Below the pieces are notes generated by a model, which was not told the DNA's origin, searched no databases, and saw nothing but the letters and a program-made list of their open reading frames with translations. DNA of 64,000 bases from Macrostomum lignano (lineage: Eukaryota): assembly GCA_002269645.1 (NCBI GenBank), contig NIVC01000001.1:124001-188000 (forward strand). The letters run 5' to 3'. The position numbers and the translations under genes were made by a program. Position 1 is the first letter of the stretch. Each line of letters begins with the position of its first letter. Below are positions 31,626 to 53,881 of the stretch, piece after piece.

Positions 31626-32073
31626 TCATGCGGATCATGCAGGCATAGAGTCAATTGCTTACTAAGCAAGGGCCCAAGGACCTTGAACCTAAGGATTTTT
31701 TACGCTTGGAGAGTAAACAACACTTTTTAGAGCCGGAATAATTCAAAAGGGTTAGAAATGACTAAGTGTGCAGGGTTAGAAATTAGTATGTCGTTACTGT
31801 GAGTAGATATCAGTGAATATTCGCATATAACTCGGACAGCGATATGTTTTCAGTTTTGCTCATTCTCAAATTCACGGCTTTAGTAGAATGACGGGAGACT
31901 TCGTTTCTGAGAAAATTTTAAAAGGCTTGCTGTTCGCAACAAACAATGAATAAGTGAAAATATGGAAACGTTGCATTGAATGAAAAATTTGAAATGAATT
32001 TGGTTGCATAAAGACAGCCTTCAAAGATTCTAAGAAGCAAGGATTTCCCGTCCTACTCAAATTCCCATTTAGT

Positions 32074-40038
<7,965 letters not shown>

Positions 40039-40052
40039 TGCGAATCAGCAAC

Positions 40053-40466
40053 AGTGACTGAGTTGGAGTGACTGAGTTGGAGTGGCTGAGTTGGAGTGGC
40101 TGAGTTGGAGTGACTGAGTTGGAGTGACTGAGTTGGAGTGACTGAGTTGGAGTGACTGAGTTGGTGTGACTGAATTGGAGTGACTGAGTTTGAGTGACTG
40201 AGTTGGAGTGGCTGAGTTGGAGTGACTGAGTTGGAGTGACTGAGTTGGAGTGACTGAGTTGGAGTGACTGAGTTGGAGTGACTGAGTTGGAGTGACTGAG
40301 TTGGAGTGACTGAGTTGGAGTGACTGAGTTGGTGTGACTGAGTTGGTGTGACTGAATTGGAGTGACTGAGTTTGAGTGACTGAGTTGGAGTGGCTGAGTT
40401 GGAGTGACTGAGTTGGAGTGACTGAGTTGGAGTGACTGAGTTGGAGTGACTGAGTTGGAGTGACTG
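40053..40466. repeat. 14-bp minisatellite
   Basis: Unit AGTGACTGAGTTGG. Confidence 0.95.
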
Positions 40467-41924
40467 AACTCTGTGATTCGGATTTACAGCAGACTTAAGA
40501 ACTGAACGACTTGAATGAAGCACAATGAGGTCATGAAGCGAGTGGTGTGAGGTTGCGGAGAGGTGCCACAGGCTGGGTACACTGAAGGACGCAAAGCATT
40601 ATATAAAATCTGATTTGCTTCAGAGAAATAAAATGAAAAGCATCCATACAAAGTTTTCAGTCCAAAATGAGAGTGTACACTCGTGCCTTCCCAGCCGGGC
40701 ACTTCCTCGCTCTTGCCCCCTGGCCGGGGGGATCACGGCAAGAAGAGATTAGCTATTTCTAAGCCTCCCACACAGAGAGCAGCGCAGTCTCCTTCAGTCC
40801 AATAGCTGTCCGAGCTCATAAAATTCAGGGAAGAGTTTGAGACTCCTGGAGACTCAGTCAGTTTTAATGCTTCACCGGGTCTCTCTGTGGCCATCGAGAG
40901 ATCTGTGCGGCACAGGACTTGAAGTTTTTCTAGCTCTGTCACGAAAGGAATCTTAATTTGATGGATTAGCAATCAATTAATTGCAAAATTGTACAACTAC
41001 TTACAGTAGAACAGAAGTTGACGATCTCTGCTTTCGGAATAGAGCCATATTATATCGTCTGCTAGAACTTGGCTTGCTTTTTTGCTCGGCTATTTTAATG
41101 AAACCGTGAAAGCAAGAGAAATCGGCAACAGGGCCTGAGAATTTCTGCTTAATATTGTGGCAGAATGATCAGGGAATTAGCAGAGATAAAAGAGATGGTT
41201 GGGAAACAGCTCTGCCTGCCCAGCAACCACCCCCGGCCCCCAAAGTCGAGGCGCGGCTCTAAACCCGGCGATGGGATGAAGCAAAGGAAGCTGGGGGAGC
41301 TGCTGAGGCCGAGAGGTGGCGGCAGAGGCGGTGCGAGAGTACAGAAAACTGAGGGGTGGGTGAGGAGGGGATGAGAGTTCGTACTGCTGAGCTGCCAGCC
41401 AGCTTTGAGCATGAGCACGCTGCCAGGGCGCTGAGTGGAGAAGATGGAGAAGAGGGGAGACTGGACAAGCTTGCGATCGAGCAGGCTCGCGTCAGTCTCC
41501 ATGGAGACGGTCTATCGTTTCGCACACTTTCACGAGCGCCTGAAAAGCGGCGGCCTGAATACCCTTAGCCAAACTCAATGCCCATAGCTGGTCCACTGCT
41601 CAATGCCATCTTTATTAAAAATGACCACAGCTATAGTATAACAGTCGATTCGGCCCCTCCGACCAATCATATGTGGATATAAAAGTTCATCTCGGATCAA
41701 CTGCAGAAGTAATGAAAACTTATTATTTCCAATACTTAATCCGCTTCCATCATCTTTGTTAATCTCTCTAATGCTCCTTATAAACTTGATATTCTGACAG
41801 GCTACACTTGCTTTGAGCCCTAATTTTTGACTGTCAAGTGACTGTCTTGAGAACTCCAGAGGAGAACTCCAGACCGCTTGGCGCCACAGTTGTTAAGAGA
41901 TTGGAATCGGCGCCCTAAACTACG

Positions 41925-43095
41925 CTCGTAGAATCGGCGCCACAATACCTAATCGTCGATACAATCTAGAATCGGCATCACAATCTAGAGTTGGCGCCAC
42001 AATCTCTAATCGGCGCTACAATCTAGAGTTGGCGCCACAATCTCTAATCGGCGCTACAATCTAGAGTTGGCGCCACAATCTCTAATCGGCGCTACAATCT
42101 AGAGTTGGCGCCACAATCTCTAATCGGCGCTACAATCTAGAGTTGGCGCCACAATCTCTAATCGGCGCTACAATCTAGAGTTGGCGCTACAATTTAGAAT
42201 CGGCGCCGTACAATTTAGAATCGGCACCACAATCTAAAATCGGAGCCACAATCTAGAATCGGCGCCATCTCTAATCGGCATCACAATCTAGAGATAGCTC
42301 CACAATCTCTAATCGACGCCACAATCTAGAATCGGCGCCACAATTTAGAATCGGCGCCACAATCTAGACTCGGCGCCACAATCTAGAGTTGGCGCCACAA
42401 TTAGAATTAGCGCCACAATCAGAATCGGCGCCACAATTTAGAATCGGCGCCACAATCTAGAATCGGCGCCACAATTTAGAATCGGCGCCACAATCTAGAC
42501 TCGACGCCACAATCTAGACTCGGCGCCACAATCTAGAATCAGCGCCACAATTAAGAATCGGCGCCATAATCTAGACTCGGCGTCACAATCTAGAGTTGGC
42601 GCCACAATTAGAATTAGCGGCACAATCAGAATCGGCGTTACAATCTAGAATCAGCGCCACAATCTAGAATCGGCGCCACAATTTAGAATCGGCGCCACAA
42701 TCTAGAGTTGGCGCCACAATTAAAATTAGCGCCACAATAAGAATCGGCGCCACAATCTAGAATCAGCGCCACAATCTAAAATCAGCGCCACAATCAGAAT
42801 CGGCGCCACAATCTAGGATCGGCGCCTTAAACTAGAATCGGCGCTAAAATCTAGAATCAGCGCCACAATCTAGAATCGGCGCCACAATCTGAATCAGCCC
42901 CACAATCAGAATCGGCGCCAAAATCTAGAATCGGCGCCACAATCTATAATCAGCGCTAAAATCAGAATTAGCGCCACAATCAGAATCGGCGCCACAATCT
43001 AGAATCGGCGCCTTAAACTAGAATCGGCGCTAAAATCTAGAATCGGCGCCACAATCTAGAGTTGGCGCCACAATCTAGACTCGGCGCCACAAATC
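41925..43095. repeat. About 19-bp minisatellite
   Basis: Unit AATCGGCGCCACAATCTAG with many variants. Confidence 0.93.
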
Positions 43096-43611
43096 GCCGA
43101 TATTTGTTTCTAGAATTCAAATAAGAAACAGTATGAAATTTCGCAAAAAATGTATGCATGAAATCTTAAACTGACGGCTTTTTGCAGTAGTCTGTGTGAA
43201 ATATTTATTTAAAAGAGAGACAAGTTAGAATAAAGCAGGTCAAGAATTTGCTAAACTTTATTTCAAAACAGTTAATATAGACCAGAGAATCTGCAATATA
43301 CTACTTAAAACATGTGGCGCGAAAATTGACAACTTTTTGTTCTTACATCAGGCAGACAACAGAAATAATTAATAATGCCTTAACCACTGCATCGGTATAA
43401 AAGTTTTAAAAGTCAATTTTAGTATGAGCAGACTGTGTTCTCTTGCCAATAAAATAGTCCGAAAATAATTACAGGTGCGAATAGAGAATTTGATTAGCTG
43501 CAGTTTAAAAAATTGGTTCACATCAAGTAGTGCAGCAAAACAAACTGACCGGTGTACAGAGAAAATAACGATTGCGGGTTGCGAGCCCAATTCGAAATTG
43601 ACATTTAGCCT

Positions 43612-44785
43612 CAATCCTGACTCGCATTTAGAATCAATCCTGACTCACATGTAGCCTCAATCCTGACTCACATGTAGCCTCAATCCTGACTCACATGTAG
43701 CCTCAATCCTGACGCACATTTAGCCTCAATCCTGACTCACATTTAGCCTCAATCCTGACTCACTGAGCCTCAATCCTGACTCATTTAGCCTCAATTCTGA
43801 CTAATTTAGCCTCAATTCTGACTCATTTAGCCTCAACCCTGACACACATGTAGCCTCAATCCTGACTCACATGTAGCCTCAACCCTGACTCATTTAGCCT
43901 CAACCCTGACTCATTTAGCCTCAATTCTGACTCATTTAGCCTCAATTCTGACTCATTTAGCCTCAACCCTGTCACACATGTAGCCTCAATCCTGACTCAC
44001 ATTTAGCCTCAACCCTGACTCATTTAGCCTCAACCCTGACTCATTTAGCCTCAATTCTGACTCATTTAGCCTCAATTCTGACTCATTTAGCCTCAACCCT
44101 GTCACACATGTAGCCTCAATCCTGACTCACATTTAGCCTCAACCCTGACTCATTTAGCCTCAACCCTGACTCATTTAGCCTCAATCCTGACTCATTTAGC
44201 CTCAATTCTGACTCATTTAGCCTCAATCCTGACTCATTTAGCCTCAATTCTGACTCATTTAGCCTCAACCCTGACACACATGTAGCCTCAATCCTGACTT
44301 ACATTTAGCCTCAATCCTGACTCACATGTAGCCTCAATCCTGACTCACATGTAGCCTCAATCTTGACTCACATGTAGCCTCAATCTTGACTCACATTTAG
44401 CCTCAATCCTGACGCACATGTAGCCTCAATCCTGACTCACATGTAGCCTCAATCCTGACTCACATGTAGCCTCAATCCTGACTCACATGTAGCCTCAATC
44501 CTGACGCACATGTAGCCTCAATCCTGACTCACATGTAGCTTAATCCTGACTCACATGTAGCCTCAATCCTGACGCACATGTAGCCTCAATCCTGACTCAT
44601 TTAGCCTCAATCCTGACTCACATGTAGCCTCAATCCTGACTCACATGTAGCCTCAATCCTGACTCACATGTAGCCTCAATCCTGACTCACATGTAGCCTA
44701 AATCCTGACTCACATGTAGCCTCAATCCTGACTCACATGTAGCCTCAATCCTGACTCACATGTAGCCTCAATCCTGACTCACACG
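43612..44785. repeat. 21/23-bp minisatellite
   Basis: Units TCACATGTAGCCTCAATCCTGAC and TCATTTAGCCTCAATCCTGAC. Confidence 0.95.
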
Positions 44786-45234
44786 TGGACTCAAAAAATG
44801 AACTAGAAACGACTAAAAACGACTAGAAGACAGCGAAAAAATCGTGACGAGAAAAAGTACAAAATACTGCGCCTTCGCCAGGTGGGAAATACGAGCCTAC
44901 ATTTAAAAAATCTTGTTGCAACACAAGGGATAAATTTGACATTCGAAAAATGACTAGCTTGAGACAAGATAATGTAATAGGACTGGAATACTGCAATCGT
45001 CTCAGTGATCTTTTGACATAAATAAACGCACGCATCACAGTCCCAGTCAAAAACAATGCGTGCAGGTGCTATCGAAAAAGGTAGAAAGCCGATAAAATTC
45101 TCCGGGAGAAATATAAAAAAGAGAAATTATAAGTCAGCTGCTAGAGTCCAGAAAATTACATCGGAAATACGCAAATCAGTGCTGAGAGAGGTAAGTTAGG
45201 GTTACTGAATTGGGATCTTAAGGGGAATTTATCC

Positions 45235-45420
45235 GTGAGACTGGGATTCTCTGGGGGGAATTAGCTCTGCGAGATCGGGATTCTCTGGGAGGGAATTATC
45301 TTGGCGAGATTGGGATTCTCTGGGGGGAATTATCTTGGCGAGATTGGGATTCTCTGGGGGAATTATCTCTGCGAGATTGGGAATCTCTGGGGGAATTAGC
45401 TCCGTGAGATTGGGATTATC
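45235..45420. repeat. Degenerate ~30-bp tandem repeat downstream of the Kir gene
   Basis: GAGATTGGGATTCTCTGGGGGGAATTATCT-like units. Confidence 0.75.
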
Positions 45421-45563
45421 GGTCAGGGAATTGGTTAGGGTTGGGAATTAGAAATCAGGATAATTTGACATCCTACAGAATCCAGCACACGATACTGATA
45501 TCAGGTAGAGCTACTCAGACAGGGATAGATTTATAATGGGTGCCAACCTTGGACTCGGCTGCT

Positions 45564-48500
45564 TCACTCGAACTCGCTGCGATCCCCAAAGACTTCGGTG
45601 CCCTGAAACGATGCCGACTGGCGAATAGTGGGCGGCGGCTGCGGCTGCTCTGGCTGCGTCTCATCAGGCCGGTCGCCTTCGTTCCCGTTTGCGGCTTCGA
45701 AGGCCAGCGGCGAGGCCCGCCGATGCACCGCCGGCGCCCGCAGCGAACCGGGCCGGCGGGCTCGCGCCGACGTCAGCGGCGACTGCGAGGAGGCCGGCGG
45801 CGGGTTATTAAACCTCACCGAGCCGTTTCGACGCAGGCTCTGCTGCTGCTGCTGGAAGGAGCCGGAGGTCGAGGCGACCGCGGCGTTGACGCTCCGGCTG
45901 GCCAAGGACATGTCGTCGTCCTCCATGAAGCCGAGCTCCGACAGGTCGCCCTCGTCACCCAGGTCGGCCAGCTCGCGGGCGGAGCAGCGAGGAAACCTTC
46001 GAATTAAGGGCGGGGAAACCAGTTGAAGATGACGGGAAGAGGCTGGGAGGATGGGAGAGTTGAACTGGCGTGCAGGGGAAGACTGAGAAGCCGGGGCTTA
46101 TGGGGCAGAGCAAGGGAGAGGGGCACAGTGACAGGCACAGTAAGAGGCACAGTGACAGGAACAGGCAGAGGGGCACAGGGAGAGGGGGTACAGGCAGAGG
46201 GGCACAGGGAGAGGGGGTACAGGGAGAGGGGCACAGTGAGAGGCACAGTGACAGGAACAGGCAGAGGGGCACAGGGAGAGGGGGTACAGGGAGAGGGGCA
46301 CAGTGAGAGGCACAGTGAGAGGCACAGTGAGAGGGGCACAGTGAGAGGCACAGTGAGAGGCACAGTGAGAGGCACAGTGAGAGGCACAGTGACAGGCACA
46401 GGCAGAGGGGCACAGGGAGAGGGGGTACAGGGAGAGAGGGGTACAGGGAGAGGGGCACAGTGAGAGGCACAGTGAGAGGCACAGTGAGAGGGGCACAGTG
46501 AGAGGCACAGTGAGAGGCACAGTGACATGCACAGGCAGAGAGGCACAGGGAGAGGGGGTACAGGGAAAGGGGCACAGTGAGAGGCACAGGGAGAGGGGCA
46601 CAGTGAGAGGCACAGTAAGAGGCACAGTGAGAGGGGCACAGTGAGAGGCACAGTGAGAGGCACAGTGAGAGGGGCACAGTGAGAGGCACAGTGAGAGGCA
46701 CAGGCAGAGGGGCACAGGGAGAGAGGGTACAGGGAGAGGGGCACAGTGAGAGGCACAGTGAGAGGGGCACAGAGAGAGGCACAGTGAGAGGCACAGTGAG
46801 AGGCATAGTGAGAGGCACAGGGAGAGAGGCACAAGGAGAGGGGTTATTGAGAGGGGATAAGGACGGACAAGGCACACGTATAAAGTGCAATTAGAAAACA
46901 ATTTTGTAATTTGTGATTTTTTAAACAACACAATTCCACATTGGAATAGCAGCAAAGCTGTGCTGCAGCACTCACTTAGGGATCTCTCTGGTAGCGTGGA
47001 ATTTCTCATAGTTGATCTGGTACTCTCCATTATCTTTCTGGTAGGTGATCAGCCGCTCGAACCGGTGGCCCCAGCGGATCTCGGAGGGCAGGTAGCTGGA
47101 CCTGGCCTGCGTGGTCATGCCCGTGGACTCGATGATGCCTTCCAGAATGACAATCAGCTCAAACTGCTCAGTCTGCAGATCTTCGGCCGAAATCTCCCAG
47201 AATGGCGAGTTGCTGTTGATCTTGTGCTCCACAATGATTGGCCAGACCAGGAACAGCCTATCGTAGCCGTCGTTGAATCCCAGGTCGATGTCGAACTGCT
47301 CAAGCGGCAGGACTTCGTTCTCCCTGGTGATTCGCTTCTTGATCAGGATGCCCCGGATGTGGGCCTCGATGAGCTGGGATTTGCGCATGTCTCCCACCCG
47401 GAACAGCAGCACCATGGCGCCGTCACGCTTGCAGATCACGGCGCTCTTGCTGAACATCAGCGTCTCGGCGCGCTTCTTGGGCCGCGATAGCTTGGCGAAC
47501 ACCAGGCCGGTCATGAGGGCCTGGAGGGTTGGGGCGTTGGGATTCGATGGGAATAGAATGGGATTCGATGGGAATAGAATGGCAATCGATGGGAATAGAA
47601 TGGGATTCGATGGGAATAGAATGGATTCTAAGATGGGAATAGAATGGGATTCGATGGGAATAGAATGGGATTCGATGGGAATAGAATGGGATTCGATAGG
47701 AAAAGAATAGATTTTATGATGGGAATAGAATGGGATTCGATGGGAATAGAATGGGATTCGATGGGAATAGAATGGGATTCGATGGGAATAGAATGGGATT
47801 CGATGGGAATAGAATGGGATTCGATGGGAATAGAATGGATTCTAAGATGGGAATAGAATGGGATTCGATGGGAATAGAATGGGGATTCGATAGGAAGAGA
47901 ATGGATTTTATGATGGGAATAGAATGGGATTCGATGGGAATAGAATGGGATTCGATGGGAATAGAATGGGATTCGATGGGAATAGAATGGGATTCGATGG
48001 GAATAGAATGGGGTTTGATGATAAGAATCGAATGGGATTTGATGGGAAGAGAAACCAAAACGAACGCTTCCTCACCTGAATAATGACACCGAAGCAGCTC
48101 TGCACCATGACCATCAGCACAGCCTCGGGACACCTGTCTGTAGGGTACCTGGTGCCATAGCCAATAGTGTGCTGAGTTTCAATGGAGAACAGCAGGGCCC
48201 CAGTGAAGTCGAATAGATTGACAACGCACGGCTTAAAGCCTTTCGGCTTGGGATGGTCGAAGTCGCCGTGGGAGAAGCAAACCAGCCACCAGATCAAAGA
48301 GAAGAATAACCAGCTAGAGATGAAGGCTACGATGAAGAAGAGCAGGGCGTACCGCCATTTGATGTCAACCAAGGTGGTGAAAATGTCCGCTAAAAAGCGG
48401 CGCTTCCGCTTCTTGATGTTGTACTGCGAGATGTTGCATTCGCCGTTCTTGAATACAAGGCGCTTGTACCTGCGTCCAGGGGCGATGGGTGTCAGATGTG

Positions 48501-49628
48501 GCAGTTGCGGGATTCAAACGTGGGTGAGTGTCGTGAGACTGATTTTTGGGGTGGTGGGTGGCAAGGGACAGATTTTGGGATAGGTGGTGGCGAGGGACGG
48601 AATTGGGGTGGTGGGTGGCGAGAGACAGCATTTAGGGGTGGGTAGTAGCTAGTGAAGAAATTTGGTGGATGGCGGCGGGGACGGAATTGGGGTGGTGGGT
48701 GGCGAGGGACAAAATTTGGGGGTGGGTAGTAGCTAGTGAATAAATTTGGAGGTGGATGGCGGCGGGGACGGAATTGGGGTGGTGGGTGGCGAGGGACGGA
48801 ATTGGGTGGTGGGTGGCGAGGGACGGAATTGGGTGGTGGGTGGCGAGGGACGGAATTGGGTGGTGGGTGGCGAGGGACAGAATTTGGGGGTGGGGGGTTT
48901 AAAATTTTGGGATGGGTTAATAGGGACAGGTGGATGGCGAGAGGTATGGAATTAGTGGGTGAGTGGATCTATAACTTCTCGCTAAACTAATCTATAGAGA
49001 ATCTTTAACTTTGCACATGGGGTATTAGTTTTATTAACTTCAGTCAGATCCAGAAGATTTACTGTGGAGTTTATAAATAAGTTCACACTAGACACCGTCT
49101 GAAACTTTATTTGCATTAACGCTGCAGACTAGAGTACGCGTACACAATTTGGTTGACAAAAGTGCTTGACTTTATTAGAATTCATTAGTAAAGGCAACTA
49201 GATAGAATCAAATGGATATTATACACCACTGCTAATATGGGCCGGTTCTGCACTGATAATCACTTAGGTAAAAAGCTCCGAATGAATCAATAAATGAATG
49301 GTTAATTATGGCTAATTGGCTTGACACACAACAAGCGGGCATTTTCGTCTTACCGCCGGCTGCTTTTAGCTTTGCTTTCTCGCCAGGATTTGACAGTTTG
49401 CTGCTGCGGCGGCGGCTGCTGAGCTGCTGCCGCGGCGCTGGCAGACCGCTGCTGCCGCATACCAGAGCTGAAGCTGGGCATCTGGATGGCGGCAGCTTCC
49501 GCGTCTGCCGCCAGGCGGGCCACTGCAGAGGCGGCCGAACTTGTTGGCCGCAGGTTGCCGAAGAATCGGCCACTGCCGGACAGAAGACGCCTCGGCCAGG
49601 CGGCCGTCTCACTGCCTTGGGTTGTCAT
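45564..49628 (-). CDS. Inward-rectifier potassium channel (Kir family), 548 aa
   Basis: Exons 49628-49354, 48469-48076, 47520-46976, 45996-45564 total 1647 nt, in frame. KNGECN, DIFTTLVDIKWRY, FSIETQHTIGYG selectivity filter, RPKKRAETLMFS, FRVGDMRKSQLIEAHIR, VILEG, ARSSY. Confidence 0.96.
46100..46835. repeat. GA-rich compound minisatellite in Kir intron 3
   Basis: GAGGCACAGTGA-based 12-mers mixed with longer units. Confidence 0.9.
47533..48045. repeat. 21-bp minisatellite filling Kir intron 2
   Basis: Unit GGGAATAGAATGGGATTCGAT. Confidence 0.93.
48545..48895. repeat. G-rich ~27-bp repeat in Kir intron 1
   Basis: GGGTGGTGGGTGGCGAGGGACGGAATT units. Confidence 0.85.
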
Positions 49629-52337
49629 GGCTTTGATGAATTAAGCTTGACTGGATTAAATCTAATAATTTTGCGACTCTGAAATTTAAATTAAGAACAA
49701 GATTATGTACCTATGAGATTAGTAATAGGATCAAAAATTTAGTTAGGAATTAATTGCTGATTAGCAAAGATTATCAAAAAAAAAAGTGGCAAAAACATGT
49801 GATGTTTCTCTTTAATTCTAATCAATAACCAATAGAATTCATTCTAGGTGGACATTATCAGGGAACTGCCAGTGAGCAAAGTATTTATTAGTTTATAGTG
49901 CAAAAATATAAAAAAATGTTCTTAAGGCTTGCACAATACTGATAAATTTGATGAATTGATAATATTTCCAATTGAAGAAAAAACCATATGATATACTACA
50001 AATTAAATAACATAATATAAATTTAAATTATAAAAATATAAATAGCAGAACAAAAAATAAACAAACATAATATGCAGCTACAAGGGCTATTCATTAGAAT
50101 AGTGATTATTTGTATATGACTTTCTACTATTGCATTAAAATTTTTCAAGTAAAAATTTAGTGTAAAGAGCAACATTCAATGCTTTAGTTGAGTGTTAAAT
50201 AGCTTTTATAGGTAATTTTGTAGCTGAGTTATGGCTCAGAAGTGATAAGGGTCCAAGAAAGTGAATTGCATCATAATGTACTTGAAAATGTCAAGTGTTA
50301 CCTTGCATATGTATAATTGAAGTGGCAACTTCTTATTTGAAATTCAACTAATAGCAGATTCAAGGGGGGCAAGAGTGTGTGCCTCCTTTGAGTTAGATTT
50401 TTTTAATATCCTGGTGGGAAAAGTTATAGTGGGCCCCTGGTAGCCCACCAACAATTGCACTAAGCAAGTGGCAATTAATTTGGAAGTTTCACTGCATGCT
50501 TATATAGTGCCAGAAGTTGCATGCTTTTAGCTTTTGGATAGTTTTAAAAAATCCTTTTATGGCATATAAACATCATTTTGAAATAATAAATCAGGTGGGA
50601 CAAATGGCTATGCTACCACTTTAGCTATAAATTAGGGGTATGCCACCAGCATTTGCAGTATTTGTTGTGGCACACCACATTTATGCAAAAATAGCAATCC
50701 TACGCACTATTACATAAGATACTATTACAATTACATCATTACATTATGCAACTATGGTAGGCTACTATCAGTCCACAGCACATCCTGACTAGCAAACTAC
50801 TAGCAGCCCAATATTGGCCCTGCTTGTGGGCTACCAACTTTTTTCTTACCAGGATAAGCACTTTGTTTTATATGAATTAATAATCAAAAGCAAAGATACC
50901 TAAATAGTCTCTACCCCTCTTCAAAATTGTCTAGATCCATACCCAAATTCATTAATTCAACTTACAAGTTAAGCAACTATATTGCAAACCAACATAGACA
51001 TAAAGAGGAAGGACAGTCAATCAATAAATTGAAACAGTTGTTTAACTGCTACCTTTTTATATGATAAAAGCTGTGAAAAAATTAAATTTATTTGAAGTAG
51101 GCATATGGCACTTTTTATTAACAATTTTTGAATATTACACTTTATTTTAATTCTGCCAAACTGTTAGGCTAGGCCCCTATGCCTATAGTCTATACTATAT
51201 GAATATTAAAAATATTTTGTATATTCTATATATTATTATATAGTTTTGTTTAAAATGACTGAGAAAAAAATTAGTATAAATAATTCTATACAGTTTGTTT
51301 CTTTTCTTCTCTCTCAAAAAGCTTAAAAGCTTTGAAACTGCTTATTCCACTTTGGAGCTCTCCCATGGGGATGAAATTGCTAATCAGCCTCAGGGATAAT
51401 GCTTACTTCCATAATGAAAGTTCTATTTTATTCATACTAAAATTGTTCATGAAAAATGTATTAATACTAATAGTTCAGTTTAAGGCTAGTACTAAATTAT
51501 ACAATACAAGGCCTAGCCTAATGTCCTTATTATAATTATTAAAATTAACTTTAATTTTAATTCATTTGCAATTCATTTCTAAATTAACTTGAAGCCAAAT
51601 GCGTTATGCCAAAAGATTAAAGTCATATATGAATATAGTTTTTCATGGCAATCAATAACATTGCAGACAGCGTGAGACAGGTACACATTAAAATTTAAAA
51701 GTATAGTTGAAAAACAAGTCGCTCAGGCCCTACTATTTAAACTACAGAAAAATATATAGCTCGCTTTCTGATGACTGAAGTAAACAGAAAATAGAATAAT
51801 GAATAGTTAATATTAATAATTATAGAATAAAGGCAAATCACGATTGTTGGCTAGTAAGCAGCAGTGAAATTTCACATTGAAAAGAAGGATGTTTTGGCCT
51901 TCGTAACAAAGTTGGCTGGATTATTGGTGTTTGTGTGATGTGGTATCAGTACCTGCCTGTGATATCATTATGACAATGCAGTGCAGTGCAGTAGATAAAT
52001 AGTCGATCGAAAATTATGTTTTGCTTTCTGTGAAAATAGAAATTTAAAAAATGTGAATGGATTTTCGCGCTGGTGTCGTTAAATGTACGCTTTTTATCCA
52101 CTACTACAAAAGTCTTGTACTATTTATTCTAGTACAGTTTTTGTTATGATATGTTAGAAATCGGACATCCAAAGTTTTTTTTAGAATAGGGAATTTTATT
52201 AGATTCAAGGGAATCAAGGCCACTGACAACTCGCAAATATCTGATTAAAAAGCTCGACTGAGAAATGTTCGACATAGAAATGAAATAAAACGCGCAGTAT
52301 ATGGCCAATAGAGTTTTGTTAACAGCAACAACAAAAT

Positions 52338-52955
52338 AGATAGAGTGCCGCATTGGTGACTCGCTCGTATCCGATCTTGAATTGGCGGTGCGCAGCAGGC
52401 CAGCGTGCGCCGCATCGACCTGCTGTTCAAGCGATATTCCGTCGGCGTCCAGGTCTCGGAGTTGTACAACCGGGACGGTCTCGATCACCGCCTGGAAAAA
52501 CGCCGCCCTCTGGGCAAGTCCACGGCGACGTCGCAGGTTCTCGAGAACCTCGGGCTAGCTAGACCCGAGGTAGACAAACTGCTGACAGCGCGGAAGCCTC
52601 GTCCCCTGTCCGCCAGCGCCTCTCAGAAAATGGCAGCCTCGATGTCGTCCGGCACGCAGAGCACGACGTTTATCTGAGTGTTAAACACCACGCTGACACT
52701 CGCCCGACACGCTTACCAGCCGGTCCAGCTGGCGCTGGGCGCCCTTGATGGTTCAGGACAGCAGGGCGAGATCGTCGGCGTAGCCAAGCACGCTGAGCCG
52801 CCTCTCCGGTTGGCGTCGACCCACGCGTCGCTGCAGCTGGAAGCCGTCATCGATAGAAGGGAGAGCAGTCCGCAGCACCCAGTCAAGCAAGTCAAGCACC
52901 AGGACGAACAGAAACGGCGCAAGCGTATCTCCCAATTGAAGCACCCCAGATGGAA
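52338..52955 (-). mobile_element. RTE-like LINE reverse-transcriptase remnant (stops and frameshifts)
   Basis: SGVLQ-GDTLAPFLFVLVLD, LGYADDLALL, LYNSETWT, DAAHAGLLRTA, VTNAALY in broken frames. Confidence 0.85.
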
Positions 52956-53273
52956 GCGAGTTTTTTATGGACAGCTATAAGGGAATTTGCAATAGATAAA
53001 GTAAACATGAACACTCAGTTGACGACGGCAAACCTCTGAATTTAAAACAGAAGCCAGCTTGTTCCGTCAGAATCACAGAATCGTAGCACAGATGTTAACT
53101 AACAATCAAGGAATTGATAATTAATTAGCTAATTAATTCTTATCAAATATACACTTATTGTAATAAAAGCGGAAGTAAAATTTTCCACCCAGAATACAGC
53201 TTTGCAGTTGGTCAAATTTTCTCAGATCTCAGCCTTAAGTAACAAAACTCACGCCACGCTCTCGCGGTCCTTG

Positions 53274-53507
53274 CAGGCTCGTCGCCACCGGGGGGACAGG
53301 GGGGACATGTCCCCCCCCCGGTAAAAGCTATGAGGGGGCATGCCAATGTTTTTTCCCCACCCCACCTTGTGACCCGATGTGGTAATCAATCATGTTTCTT
53401 TAGGGCGCAAAAATGAGTGCCTGTGGTGCCAAAATGAGCGCTGACAGCTGTACATGCTGAATTCTTGGTTTTGCCCCCCCACCATAAAATCCATGGCGAC
53501 GCCCCTG
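53274..53507. mobile_element. hAT-type MITE, copy 1
   Basis: Ends CAGGCTCGTCGCCA...TGGCGACGCCCCTG; perfect 8-bp TSD GGTCCTTG; homologous to 57634-57866. Confidence 0.85.
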
Positions 53508-53881
53508 GGTCCTTGTCTCAACTGTGGGAGATGCAATTAGCGTCACACGGCCCCAACTTAGCTGAGAGTTATGGCTAGAGTTGGATAAAAGCTGCCATGT
53601 ACATGTAATGTACTCTCTGCAGTTCTTGATTAGTCCTCGATCATGAAGTGGTTGCAGGGTTTTAAAATTTCTCATGTTACTGATTGTTAATTGCAAATTT
53701 GGATGTCCAATTCTACAAGAGTAGGTTTGCTTGTCTGTCAGTCGAGTTTCTCAGTCAGAAATTTGCGTGCTGTCATGGTCCAAATCTACTTCATTCTATA
53801 GGCTTTTAACTTTGTATGTCCGTTTCTAACCTAGTATATGACAACAGCAATACTCGGGCAAGTGTGTGCAGAAGTGACGCC

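Noticed and set aside
40733-41525. Upstream glutaminase exons (41502-41385 or 40884-40760)
   Set aside because: Phase is possible but there is no homology support and the acceptor near 40030 is weak; left uncalled.
45955-48133. Repetitive ORFs overlapping the Kir gene
   Set aside because: Intronic repeats or antisense shadows of Kir exons.
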